Positions 10,413 through 22,831 of a DNA stretch of 64,000 bases are shown piece by piece. The notes beneath the pieces are model-generated. The model was not told where the DNA came from, searched no databases, and saw only the letters and a program-made list of their open reading frames with translations. Position numbers and translations under genes: made by a program. This stretch comes from Takakia lepidozioides. Lineage: Eukaryota > Plantae > Bryophyta. Each line of letters starts with the position of its first letter. Positions within the stretch are counted from its first letter, which is position 1. The stretch is from assembly GCA_030704615.1 (NCBI GenBank), contig CM060732.1:5704001-5768000 (forward strand), given 5' to 3'.

Positions 10413-13348
10413 TCACCCCACAAGAGAGGCAGTGTTAGGATGCATGAATGACCCATTACTGACTGTGGCATTGTCTGGCCCAATGCTTCCTTTCAGCCTG
10501 TTCAGGGTAGCAGCAACAGATTTGGCCTCTTCTCTCAAGCGCTCTAGAATCCCCATTAACGCTTCTGATTTCTGCACACATTGCAACCCATCATTATCTA
10601 CATTCATAACCCCCACACACGAGTGCTTCCTACCTACTGGTGCACTCCTGGCCTATGGTCAACATCAAATGAGCTTTTGGGAAGAGCACACAAGATACGC
10701 AGAAACGCAAGAAAGAACGCCATGTATGTGCAAACTAGAAAGGACTGTCACAAAAGAGATGCATCAATACCTGCTTCTGCTCCAGGATCAACCTTTGTTC
10801 ATGTTCGAGCTCTTCTTCCATATCCCATGTGCAAGGCTTCACTGTGGCAAGCCTTCCATGTATATCTGTTGAATGGCAACTCGCTTTTTTGCAGTTCCAA
10901 GTCACCGGTTGCTGGCTCCTACCCGCCTCTCCCAATGTGGCTTTTCCAGAACCAGAGTCCTGCTTGAATGATTGGACTTTCAGCCAGAGAAGTGCACTGG
11001 CACCCTCAATTGGCTCCTGCAACCCCTTGTCAACGGCAATGGTGCTTCCTCTCCGCAAGACCTGGTGTCCTGGATCAGTTGAGTGCTTCCTCTGCTCCCC
11101 AATTCCTGTGTTAGATGCCGGACCGGTCATGGGCATGGTCTGACTAGTTAGATCATTGCTTGAACCTTGCCTCCAGGACAGTGCTGGTGAAGAAACCATG
11201 TTAATCAGGTCATCAAAAACATCTGCACAGGGATGAAACTTTCTGCAACTATCTGCTGACTCAGCCCTCTCAGAATTAAACTTCACCAATTCAAGTGCAC
11301 AGCTTTGTCTACCTGCAGAGAAGGGACCTCTAGCAGCCTCTAGTGAAGATAATTGACTTGGGACTGCAGACTTGAATTCTGTGCAAGAAGGATCAGTTTT
11401 GGTCACTGATTGACACCTTATTACTGAAGGATTCACCTCTGGCAGGGAGCACTCTATGTTCATTGAGGATAAGTTAATCTCTAATAACGGGCTGCCAAAC
11501 TCTTTTTGCAACCATCCAACTTTAGAATCATGGGGTGCTGAACTAGGCCTGGCATTCTTGGATGCACAGTGATCTGCAAGAAACCTATTCTCAAAGCTTT
11601 CGCCCTCAACAGGCATCATGAAATTGTGACCTTCGCGAGTGGGTGCAAATGCAGATACCCTTTCTCTAATCGCAGGAATGTTTCTCTCAACTGGCCCTCC
11701 CTCTGCCTTCAATCTACTCAGCAACTTGTCAAGGCTTTGTCCAACTGTTGACCTTTCTATCCTCAACTCACATGACATGGGATACAGCCTTTGTCCTTGA
11801 GCAGCAAGGACAGTTTTCAAGTTCAAGTCTGTTGGCACATGGTTGTTGATTGTTTTCGCATTCAGTATACCCTCGGCTTCGACCTGGCACACTTGGTAGC
11901 ATGGTGATGAGAATGTGCCATTATCCACAAATGAGCTCTTTGATTTGTAAGTAGTTGAGGAATCAGTCAGACCTCCTCGAAATCTTTCCCGTACACTTGC
12001 GAGCTGTTGGATCCACTTGGAACGCCTACTTCCCCAATCCCCCTCCATAGACATCACTCTTGCTCTCGCTTTTTCTCGAAGAATGTTAAGTCTCTCAGAT
12101 TCTCGTCTCCAAACAGTAGCACTGTCACTACGATAATGTGATCCCTGTGGAGTTTTGACTCTCGGTTGGTGACGAGAGTGCACTCCAGAAACTTGCGCTG
12201 GCGTTGATAGAGCGCATTCATTGCAGAAATTCTTGGATCTTTCTAGATTGAACATGCTGCGCTTATGTTTGTCTGAGAGGCACGCATACGCCTGTGAGAT
12301 GACTGGTCAGTTAACAAACAAAAAGGACAGTTATCAAACCAATGACATCATTGAATCCTGATAATGACAAAAGATACTTCTGGCTTAAACAGAGCCTAAG
12401 CATACAATCAACATTAGAGGATGAATCCCTAACCAAGTCACATGGTTGTCTGAGTGCTTACCTCAGAGACAAGTTTAAATGCTGCCTCTGAATTCACATG
12501 CTTGTTTTTGTCTGGATGCAACAAAAGTGCTGCAAGAAGCCACAACCACATCACAACACTCAAACAAAGCTCCACTTGACCATTGGAGGTCTGCATATAC
12601 ATGCAGAAGTAGGTTGACACAGACATGACACAGACATGACACTGCGAGCATCTGGAATATCAGCATTATCATGCACAGGGGACCTTCACGTCCAAAAGGG
12701 CTGCTTATATAGCCCTGTAATATCACAGAATCAGATCTTAACCACGAGTAAAAGGGAAGTTTACCAAGCTGTCGATATCTCTTTTTAATGGCATCACCGT
12801 CAGCCTTCTCATCGACCTGCTAGAAATGCTCCAGGTTAGAAATACTGAAGGTTTGATGCAAAGAAGTATCTAAAGACTGTACAATCCCTCCCATCATTCT
12901 GCAGGACCTTCTCGCCTGTAGCTGTCTCAGTAAAAGCTCATGAAGTTCGTATCCCAGATATACCAGAGTACTTTTGGTCACATAGGCCAGTGCACAGTCA
13001 TAGGTGCGAGCATCGATGTGGACAAAGCCATTTGTACTACATGGGCATGGAATAACAAAGACTAACCTTCAGAACACGATACCAGTCGGGAAGCCTACAA
13101 GTTTGCCGCTTTGAACATGAACATGGTCGCCAGGTAGCAGCATGGCAGACTTGTGTAACAGCCGTCAGTTCTGGAAGACCCTTGAGTACAGGGAAAACAT
13201 GTTCAGCTTTTGCCAAAAGCGCAAGAGCACTTTCAAACCTGCCCTCCAATACATACATGCCAGCTCGTTCCAAACAACGTTTTCCCTCGATCTCTACCCT
13301 GGCGAATCCTTCTGCAGATCCCGTCTGTGTCTGGGAGGGGCTCCCCAT
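10413..13348 (-). CDS. J-domain (DnaJ, type III/C) protein, 5 coding exons: 13348-13067, 12816-12765, 12529-12462, 12291-10771, 10652-10413
   Basis: Spliced J-domain LPDWYRVLK|VDEKADGDAIKKRYRQL|ALLLHPDKNKHVNSEAAFKLVSE|AYACLSDKHKRSMFN with the HPD motif. All introns are GT-AG and phase-compatible. Long low-complexity C-terminus. ATG inferred at 13348 after a 5'UTR acceptor. Confidence 0.88.
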
Positions 13349-14785
13349 CACCTGCAGCCAGATATATAGTAGACGAATTGGACACAGGCCCTTGATCGGT
13401 GTATACCAAGCAGTTACTTCCACCCTTGCAGACTTCGATGATTCCACCTTTACTGCACTGTTCCTCCAATGATGATGTCTCCACGGCTGAAGTCTACACC
13501 AATAACTTTCAGCAACAGTAGGTGGAATACTACAAGGACCCCTTCATTGGAGAACACCAATGTAGCTTGCCTTGCCTTGCAACGAGGAGGGAGAGAGCCT
13601 TAGGTGTCATACCTCCCGTTCATCGACCTGTTCATTCCCAGTCATTTCGTTACATTGTAGGCCTACGTCTCCGTGCGCCTATTAGATGGGATGTTGTTTG
13701 ACAAGATGAGAAGAACATGGGGGCGAAATGCACTCGAGACTACAATGCAGGGGTCGGAAACCTCAAAGAACGAAAGAATTCCTAATGTGACTGCTTGGAA
13801 ATTCTGGATCGAACAAGGGACACTCACAAACATGCAAGTAAACTCAAAAAGAGGTGGCGATAGTCAGACAGGAGGGAGATCGGAAGCAGGAGAGTTCATC
13901 TTAGAAGCACAATACGTAGAAACAGAGTTACATACATTTGAGCAAGACCCAACTTTCAAAAGAAATACAAGACCCAACTGTTGTATACCTCGCGCAATCT
14001 GGCAGCTGCTACTCCCACTTGTGCGGTGCTCCCATTCCTAGCTCTCTCTTTGTTGCTTAACGAGATGAAAAGGGTTGAGAAGAAGAAGTAGAAGGCAAAG
14101 GCCCATTAAAGTCCAGGACCCAACGGCCCTAAGCAACTATGAGCCAGTGTACAAAGATTGAAATTCCAACGACACAGCAGCACTCAACGCTGCCACAACC
14201 CGTGAGGCAAACCACAAAGAGGGATCAAGAAAGAGAACGGCTGCATGGCACTAGTAGCTCTGTGCTAGGAACCATTCCGAGCTTTCTGTCACCCATCCGC
14301 ACATGGCACATTCTTCAGCTGCTGTGATTGCCCATAGAGCCGTCCTGCCACGGGGATTGACAACATTGGCCAGTCCGTGAGAAGCATAGCAGGACAAAGG
14401 AGATGAAAGCAGTCGAAAACATGTAACACAAAGCTACAACTGATCCAGCAAAAATTAGGAAGCCCCACTTGCAGTTAATAGCCCGCAGCTTTTCCTCACC
14501 GTGACTTTGACTGATGGGCAGAAGCTCATACCGTATCTTCACAGCCCTTCCTCCTACAGCCCTACTTTGCCTTTCCTTCCGTCTTCTTTATTAAAATCTT
14601 TGTCTCCCTCTCCCTTGCCTCTCACTTGGGCTTCTAATTTTCTCTCTTGCCCTAATGAGATGTGAGGCCCCATTGTATGCATTTGGGCATACACTGAGCT
14701 AGTAAACTGTAAGTAATGGGTGCCTAACTGTAAGTGGCTTACGACATCAGGAGGCCTGACGAAAGGAAGAATCGGACAATCGGTA

Positions 14786-17700
14786 AGGTAGTCAAACCTA
14801 TAATGGTTACCATTCAAAATGTGACCCCTATAATTATTTGTTAAATGGCTCAAATGTGAATTCAAAAACGTCCATGCACACGTGCCGATCCTAATTACAT
14901 TTATGACATGGCAGTTCATTATTAGTCTCTGGAAACTACATGCATGGTAAAGATCAGAGGTATTAAAGTGGCGGATGTGTTTGACATTTATAGCTCGTTC
15001 AAAACAAGGAGGGTGACGGTCATATTTGGGTATGCTTTAAATCGTTTTGGCAAATGCATACTGTTAGGAAACTGCAGCAAGTGGAAACTGTAGCAAGTGG
15101 GCCAGGATTCAAACGAGTCGTTGTTTTATAATTGCAACAAAGTGGTTAATTAGTGTGATTAATCATGGACCGATTTGAATCTGCAAACAAACTCTTAAAC
15201 ACAGAATGGCGGGCCATTTCGAGTATGTATGTGGTGAGTTTTGTGCGGCTAAGTTTTGTAGTGTGGAGTACGCTTTCAGATCAATAGGAAATGGGATCGT
15301 CGTTCAGGCCTGCAGATGCATTTCGTTTGCTTCCTGATACGGAATTAGCAGGAGATTATGAGGGAAATCACGTTGAACTTAGTGATAGTGAGAATGAATT
15401 GAGCAGACACGGGCCCACAAATTCACGCTTGAATGAAGACGAAAGCTATGACAGTGGGGGAGATGTGGACCCCTATTACGATTGGGCTCAGGATCCGGAA
15501 GATCATTCCCAAGTACATTTCCAATGCGGTCAAGGAGACAGAGTGTTTGATCAGATCAACGAGCAAAGTCAATCGGCCCCACGAGCTCCAATTAGCAGCA
15601 ATGAAGGGAATGGTTCAGGAGGTGCATCGCCGGCAAGAAACGAGGAACCTATTAATATCAATGATCCTCCACCGCAACGGAAGCAACGGAGTCAAGTAGG
15701 ACCGCAAAGGAAAAATGGGAATTGGACGGATTTCTCACTCCGAGCTGCGATGAGTGCACATGATCATGGAATGCCGATTCGGACTACGGCGTGACAGTTT
15801 GGGGTATCTGTGACATCTTTGCGTAATCATCTATATGGAATCACCACTAGCAGAAAACGTGGAGTCAAAGGGACACTCACCGAGACGAAAGAAACATAAC
15901 TAGTAAATTATATTGAAAAAATGCAGCTGATTGGACATCCTCTTACTCTAACTCAATTAAGATTGAAAGTTGCAGAGATCTGCCAGGAGCGTGTAACACC
16001 ATTCAAAACGGCATCCCTGGCTGGGGCTGGCTCCATTGGTTGAAACTTAGAAATCCTCAATTAGCGTTTCGTGTATCACAAGAATTAGAAACTGGCCGGA
16101 ATCTTGCTAAAATTTATGAGCTGAACAAATACACACCGGATAAAATCTAGAATTGTGACGAGTCAGGGCCCAAGCAGGCCGGAATGGAGGAGTGTTGGTT
16201 CTTGCAACGAAAGGGTCCCGCACTGTACATTCCATAATGCCAAATGAAAGGGAATGGTTGTCGGTGCTATCATGCATGAATGCTGGAGGGACCTACATTC
16301 CGAATTTCTATATTTTCAAGGGGAAGAGATTCAGACGTAACTATATTTTCAAGTGTGAAAGTGGTGCTACAATGGCCATGCAACCGAAGGCCTGGATGAC
16401 GGGTTTTCTCTTCATGAAATGGATCTCCCATTGTATCAAAACAACACAGAAGGTCGGCAATCCAATTACTCCAGAGAACAGACACTTGTTGATTATGGAC
16501 GGTCATAACAGCCATGTTATCATTCAGATCGTTAAACAAGCGAAAGCCATGGGGCTAGATATGATCACGCTCCCCTCGCACACCTCCCATCCACTCCAGC
16601 CTCTTGATGTCTCAGTGTTTAAACCTTTCAAAACAACATTCAGGGCTTACCATGATGTTTGGACGATGGCACACAAGGGAGGCACACCCTTCAAAGAGGA
16701 TCTCGCACATTGGGTTTCACTAGCTTTGAAAAAAGCGATGAGTCCTGAAAATGTAAAAAAAGATTTTGCCGTGACTGGGATCTGGCCTCTCAATCTGGAT
16801 GCCATGCAGATCCGCATGGGGCCAGCGAGGGTTATAGGATGGAGGTCCCGGAGGACGACACCTATCCTGGTCAAGAAGATATAAGGACTGCCACTGTTAA
16901 CTTGCAAGTTGAGGAAATTTTGGAAAATAACATATCCGAGACACATTATGAGGTGTACGCACCACTACTTCGTGGAGGAAGAGGACGAAAATGAGTTGGT
17001 CTCGCCAGGTACTGAGCGATTATCCTCCAGCCAATCTAGCGACACTGGATCCTCACCGGAGCTGGAAATAGTTGCAGAAGCACCCATGAACAACGACACT
17101 CTATCACTCAATTTTTGAGTCTACCACAAATACCAGTAGCACCTCGACGACGATTGAATGGAGATGGCTCGGAGCCAATAATTGACTACAGCAAGTCCAT
17201 TCTCATGACCTCAGATGAGTACTTGCTAGCTTTGGAGCAAAAGAAGCTCTGAAAGTGCAGGAGCAGCGTAAAAAAGAGCGCAAACTGAATAAGCAAAAGC
17301 GTGCTCTCGATAAGGTGGAAAAAGAGGAGCTGAAGCGCAAAAAGGTGGAGCAGCGGGAGGCCAGAAAATAGTTCGATAATCTCTGGTCCGCCAAAAATTG
17401 TTCAGCGATTGGAGAGCGTCTCCATACTGCTTCCGATCTGATGCTTCCATTCCTACCACAACTTACCTAAGGCGGGTCTGGATACATCATGGTTCGTCCT
17501 TATCGAACCTCCATGGGTTTACAGAAGCATAAGCAGAGCCGGTGATCGTTGAGAAGCCGATCAGTTTTGGGATCAAATGGTTCTCATGTTGGACAAGCTG
17601 AAGATTTGTTTATTCTCCACTAGCGATTAGTTTTGCAGATCATGACTGTTCGTTTTCAAGTCCAGGGACACATCTCGTAGTCACCGAGGACGCTTTGATT

Positions 17701-18078
17701 AGCGTAGTCAGATACGTAAAGCTCAGTAAAATAGTCAAGTTCATGAATTGATGAGTAGTTTAACTAAATGACATGGTCCATACTTACTGTGCAGCGTAAT
17801 TAGTAAAGTGAATGATGATGCACACCTTTTGGGCCCCATGGGCTCCTGATTCAATGCACTTGTTGTTCAAAATAGTACCCCCTACTGGTCCATTCAAGGA
17901 TTATTATGTGTTTTCAGCTTGAAAATTCACCAATATTATGTATAACTTCGGATACTTTTTGTTTTTTTTTCAATAAATTTCATTTTCTTGTGCCTACATG
18001 GGAGAAATGTATATAAGGACACTGCACAGCTGAAATTGCCTGCATTTCTTAAAGGAGCCATTATAGGTTTGTCTACCT
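14786..18078 (+). mobile_element. Full-length pogo/Tigger-like (Tc1-mariner, DDE_1) DNA transposon with 21-bp TIRs and TA TSD
   Basis: Left end TA|AGGTAGTCAAACCTATAATGG and right end CCATTATAGGTTTGTCTACCT|TA (20/21 match). Internal transposase pseudogene. Confidence 0.9.
15291..17400 (+). pseudogene. pogo-like transposase (HTH_psq, CENP-B-type HTH, DDE_1) with stops and frameshifts
   Basis: WTDFSLRAAM...IRTTA*QFGVSVTSLRNHL (psq HTH), I*NCDESG, RHLLIMDGHNSH, LPSHTSHPLQPLDVSVFKPFK. Confidence 0.9.
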
Positions 18079-18914
18079 TAGATCACACACTAAAGATGGG
18101 CAACGACTACCAAACTTCATGTCTCCTTCCTTGTCCTCTAGTTGTCCATGTCCTATTGCAATCTAGCAAACACTGGACAATTAAGTCCAACTGGTACTTT
18201 CAAGTGGTCCAATGTATCCTTGACAGTGATTTATAGAGGGGAGGGATGTGCCTTTACTGAGTACCACCTAATACCAAACGTGTTCGTTATGCACAGGCTG
18301 CTTGCAAACAGCCAACCAGCTCAAGTGGGAAACGCCTTAGTCAGGAGGCAGAGCCAAATACTGTGGAGAGAAAAATTGGCTCATGAGCTCCACAGCTTTC
18401 CACCATTGGAAAGCTTAAAGGCTGTTCCTTCACTTGAATGTTATGACCTGGCGCTAGATTTATAGAATGGTACCATCCTTTCTTGCAAAGGATGGAAGAG
18501 ATTCAGCTATTTTCCATGCAGAGGGCATCTTTGAGATAAAGAAACATTGATCTGGTTGTAAATTTTGAGAAGCCTCAACGGACCATATGGTGGTCACCAG
18601 TGCCAAGAGCAAGGTCTTCACTGATCAGGCTGGAGGAATCTATTGTCCTTTTTTATAGACATATCTTGGGGTTTCTACAGTGTTCCTTTCCCCAAATTGT
18701 ATGCAATCTAAGGTAGAGATCTGTCTGGGTCCTGCTTCCTATTTGAACTCAGCTTTTCCAGATAATCCTCTTCTATATGGTTACACTTATGATAACAGTC
18801 AGGAATTTTTAAGTATGCAAACTCCGCTGCTTGCAAAGAGGTAGAATTCTGAGTTGGCGTCTTAGTTTGCAAGCTGAGGTCAAAATTTGTCTGAACTACA
18901 ACCAAGCAGCAGCC

Positions 18915-21900
18915 TCAATTGCCAGAAAAAGCATTGACAAGCAGATTGTGATGGAGAGGGTCAGCCACAAAGTCAAGAAGGTTATCAACAGGGCCTTTGC
19001 CCGTGACAACAGCTTGTGCATAGAAGCCCAGCCAAGCCACCATGGCCAGCCGCCCATTCTTCATCTCCTTCACCTTCAGGTCCTCAAATGCTGCCGGGTC
19101 CTTTGACAGGCCCAACGGGTCAAAGAGGATACCCCCGGGGTAATTAATGTCACCTGGCAAATAGATGCCCAATGGCTCCAGCGCCTCTATGCCACAGTAC
19201 CTTGCATATTCTGGGCCCACCTGCAAAGGACCCACAAAGACAATAACAAATGTTGTTGACTTTGCCTTCTCTCACACAAACCTTAATACGCTGTGGTCAG
19301 TACCTAGCATCTTCAGCCTATCAAAGCTCTTCGCTCTTCTGACCATTCCAACATCATACTGCATTCTGACATGGACCAAGGTCTCATAATCACAAGGCTA
19401 CAGCAAGCATAGCTTACTGCATCTTCCACTGCACCTCTCTCCCTCTAAGTTTTGCCCTTCTCTGTTGACAGTGTAACATCTGCAGCACATGGCGGGTTCC
19501 AGCAACTGTGCAATCAGCATTGGGTTGCACCCATGGTTTGACATAAGTTGCAAACCCTCATAACTAGTAACACCACAACTAGTGCCAGGAGGTTTGATAT
19601 CCCACATGACTATATCCTCAAGTGTGTGAACAGTCACAGGGAGTGATCCATGAGTACACTTGTCCCACTCTGGGGCTCCTGTGGATGTCATAGATTTCTT
19701 CTTCTCCCTCTCTCAGTTTATTTTGTTTAGGGGCAGTGGGGGCCCAAGGAAGAAGGCAAACAACCGAAATCAAACATTGAAAGCAAAACCACAAAAACAA
19801 CCTTGGCAAGCCAAAAAACACCAACTCTGGCAGGACCTGAAGCCAGCATTGTCACTCTTCCCTGTCTCTGTAGTTCTACAGTTTCGCCTTTCTGTAGTTC
19901 TTTATTTTGCCTTTAGGCCGCCTGCAGACATAATAGAATGCTTTCTGTCGTCTATCCTCTTCCATGGACAATATTTCTTGCTGTCTCTCAACTTTAGAAT
20001 TTTCGACTGTCTATTCCAGAGTACCCAATCTCTCATTGAGATCTTCCTTTACGAGGATCAGAAATGCCTGGCAGCTTACCTGCATGAAGCATTGACTCTT
20101 AGACAATCCCTTGAGCTTTAGTTGCTTTTGGGCTGTTTGTGGCCCCTCTCTCTTGTTTTTTTCTTCCTCTGGTCCCAAGCTCTTTGAGCTTCCCGCAGAC
20201 GTTATTAAAGTACCATTTCATTTCATTTGTTTCTTTCCTTCTTCTGGTGTGTGTGCACACATGATTGGGAAACATACCATCAAGAGGACCTGACAAAAAG
20301 CAATTACGAGAACGCCTTGGGCACCAGCAATATGTAAGCCAGGAATACCCAGATAGTCAAGCGTGTCACCCTGCAATAGCCGGCCCAACTTGGCACAGTT
20401 TATCCTTAAAAAGTTCCTAAGCCAGATTCCTCCAACTTAAAACATCTTCTGCTGCTTTGAGGGAGAGCTCCATCCCTTGAAGCAACTCTACTTGACACAA
20501 TCACAGCAATCCTGTAGATAAAAAGATGTGCAAATAATACTATTCACATATTTCAGCATCATGCGAGCCAACCAAGGTGTAACTGGCCCAACTTAACTAG
20601 TTATATGAACAAAGCAGCGCATACAAAGCATGGGAAAGTTTCAAGGAAGAAATGTGAAGGGAGTATTGCCTGCAGCTTTGCATAACCGACACGCCACCAC
20701 ACAGGCTCAGAGAACTGAACCCCACTGAAGTGGTTGAGTAGTTCAGGCACCACAACACCCAGGGCTGCCAACATAGCCCATCGCGCATGTAGCACTTCAA
20801 AGCTGCTCAGATCACCTTGCACATCAGAATACTGCTTACATTGGCTTTGCCAAACCTCTGTAAGGAGTCCATCTGCATGGAAGATAAACGGCATGGGTCG
20901 AGTCCATGACACTCCGTTCATGATCTGTGATAATTGTCACTCTGACTGAGATGCAGCCTCCTAGGAGAGATAAGACATGAAACAACAGAACTATAGATTC
21001 TTGAAAGAAGGATCGAACGGGGACAGACGGACAGTCCCTGTTGACTATCAGGCAGACCAGTAGGGTGGAAGGAGCAGAATGTACTCATAAGATGTTGTTT
21101 GCCGCAGCCTTGTGGCCATTGACAACCCAAGGGACACAGGGCAGTAGAAACCACACTTTGGAAGGAACCATAGAACTAGTATAAACCAGAGTGTGTGTGA
21201 CAATGTAAGCCAAATAAGCAAGAGAATGGCGTAAGTGCCGTCTAAGCTATGCAATAGGAGCAGGGACGTGCTTGAAATATCTGTTGAAGGCAACAGGGTC
21301 GCGTGCCAGTCCCAAAATGTCAAATCCATAGTCACCCGGAGCCTCTCCCTGAAGATGGTCTGGATATTGGTATGGTATAGGTCCAAGCCATTTTGGGCGG
21401 CCTCTCCTGTACCATGGACTGCAGTCAACCAGACAACAGGGAGCCAACAATTTTAATCTTTTCCCTACCGACTTTTTACTCAAGATGGCCTGGTGGTCAT
21501 ACAAGGATGCAATTCTGTAACTGACGCACCACCAAAGATGACACTCCCAGCTCACGAATAAAATATTGGTGAAGAAATGGACAAACAGAGACACTGATCA
21601 ACATCCAAACTAGGGTTCTAAAGTTGTGTGTGCGGGGAAAGAGAAATGAAATGAAATGAGATGGTATTCTTATGGGACGAGAAGAAATGAACAAGAAAGA
21701 CAGAGGGGCCCTCCACAATAGCTATTGATTCCTTCCTATGGATTGGTTATGGCATATCCTTGATTGCATAGCCCTCACCCTCTTGCATCTATCTGTTGGG
21801 TTTTAACCCACAGCGCCATATTGCCATACACCTTACATAACAAAGGCGGACCCCTCGGGTACAGGGGATAGTGTGTTCATCAACAAACAGGCATTGACAT

Positions 21901-22831
21901 CATACCACAAAGCACGCCGATGATTCTGACAGAGAGAAAAAGAGCCATCTAACAAACCTAGCATCTCTAACATTGCTTTGAGCTTCCCGAGCAGCTCCTG
22001 CATCACGTCGGGCAGTAGCTTTGGACTCCTGCATACGCTCCTGAAGGCGCTCTCCAACAGAGCTGTTGGCAATGGCCTTCACTATTGTAAATGGAAATGC
22101 AGAGAATAGTACCACGCCTGCCAGCTACTCCTCACCACCCACAACACTACTAGATCAGCTTTTTCGTGCACCTATACAACAAGCACATACAGAAACGCCC
22201 CCACACCTCTCTCTCTCTCACACACACACACATCTCTGTACAGTCGGAATCAGAATTTGGTCTAGGAATATAAGTAGTCCATATCTCGGCCCCTCAGGAC
22301 TATGGACTCGCTTTCATTACATGTAGAGTCTGTAAGGAACAGTTCAATCTGCATCAGCATTATGCCGTGAATTTCTTAGAAAGCAGCTATGCAGTGCATT
22401 ATCTCTGGAACCTAGATTGGCATACACCCACTAGCATCATAGTCTCATAAACTACCTACCTCTTGCCAAGCTGCTCGACATAGACACACCCGTGTACTCC
22501 GCCCAATCGGATGACTAAATCTCGTAGCACCAATTTTGATCATATCACCCTGGAATAACTTCTGCACGGGCACGCAGAGAAGGTTACAAGACTAGTCATT
22601 ATTAGGATAGAGGAGGAGGAGCTGGAACCAAATTCAAAGTATTTATCGGGTCTCCTCAAGCATCACGACTAAATGGACACATCCACGCCGGCATTCCATC
22701 GCTTTCCTGTGGATGAGACTAATCGGGAATACCCTGAGTTGATACCCCCACTGCTTGAATGTGACACCAGGCACACTTGGCCTTTGCGCTCCAGAGTAGG
22801 ATACAATTGATCCCGAAGCAGAGGCCGTCAT
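18915..22831 (-). CDS. LHCB7: Chlorophyll a/b-binding protein Lhcb7, 7 exons: 22831-22733, 22561-22460, 22124-21958, 21418-21272, 20802-20670, 20370-20278, 19220-18915
   Basis: Spliced product includes [127 protein letters not shown] and [17 protein letters not shown]. These are Lhcb7-specific stretches. Confidence 0.95.
19900..20230 (+). mobile_element. LINE 3' end with (CATTT)n tail inside Lhcb7 intron 6 (antisense to the gene)
   Basis: ORF end [25 protein letters not shown] plus a 3'UTR homologous to 900-1090. Confidence 0.6.
22207..22238. repeat. Compound (CT)n(CA)n microsatellite in Lhcb7 intron 2
   Basis: CTCTCTCTCTCTCACACACACACACATCTCT. Confidence 0.9.

Noticed and set aside
13349-13447. 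GTG-initiated N-terminal extension of the DnaJ ORF
   Set aside because: Eukaryotic gene; CTGCAG acceptor just before ATG at 13348 indicates a 5'UTR intron.
14693-17727. ACTGAGCT/AGCTCAGT as pogo TIRs
   Set aside because: Only 8 bp; superseded by 21-bp TIRs with TA TSD at 14786/18078.
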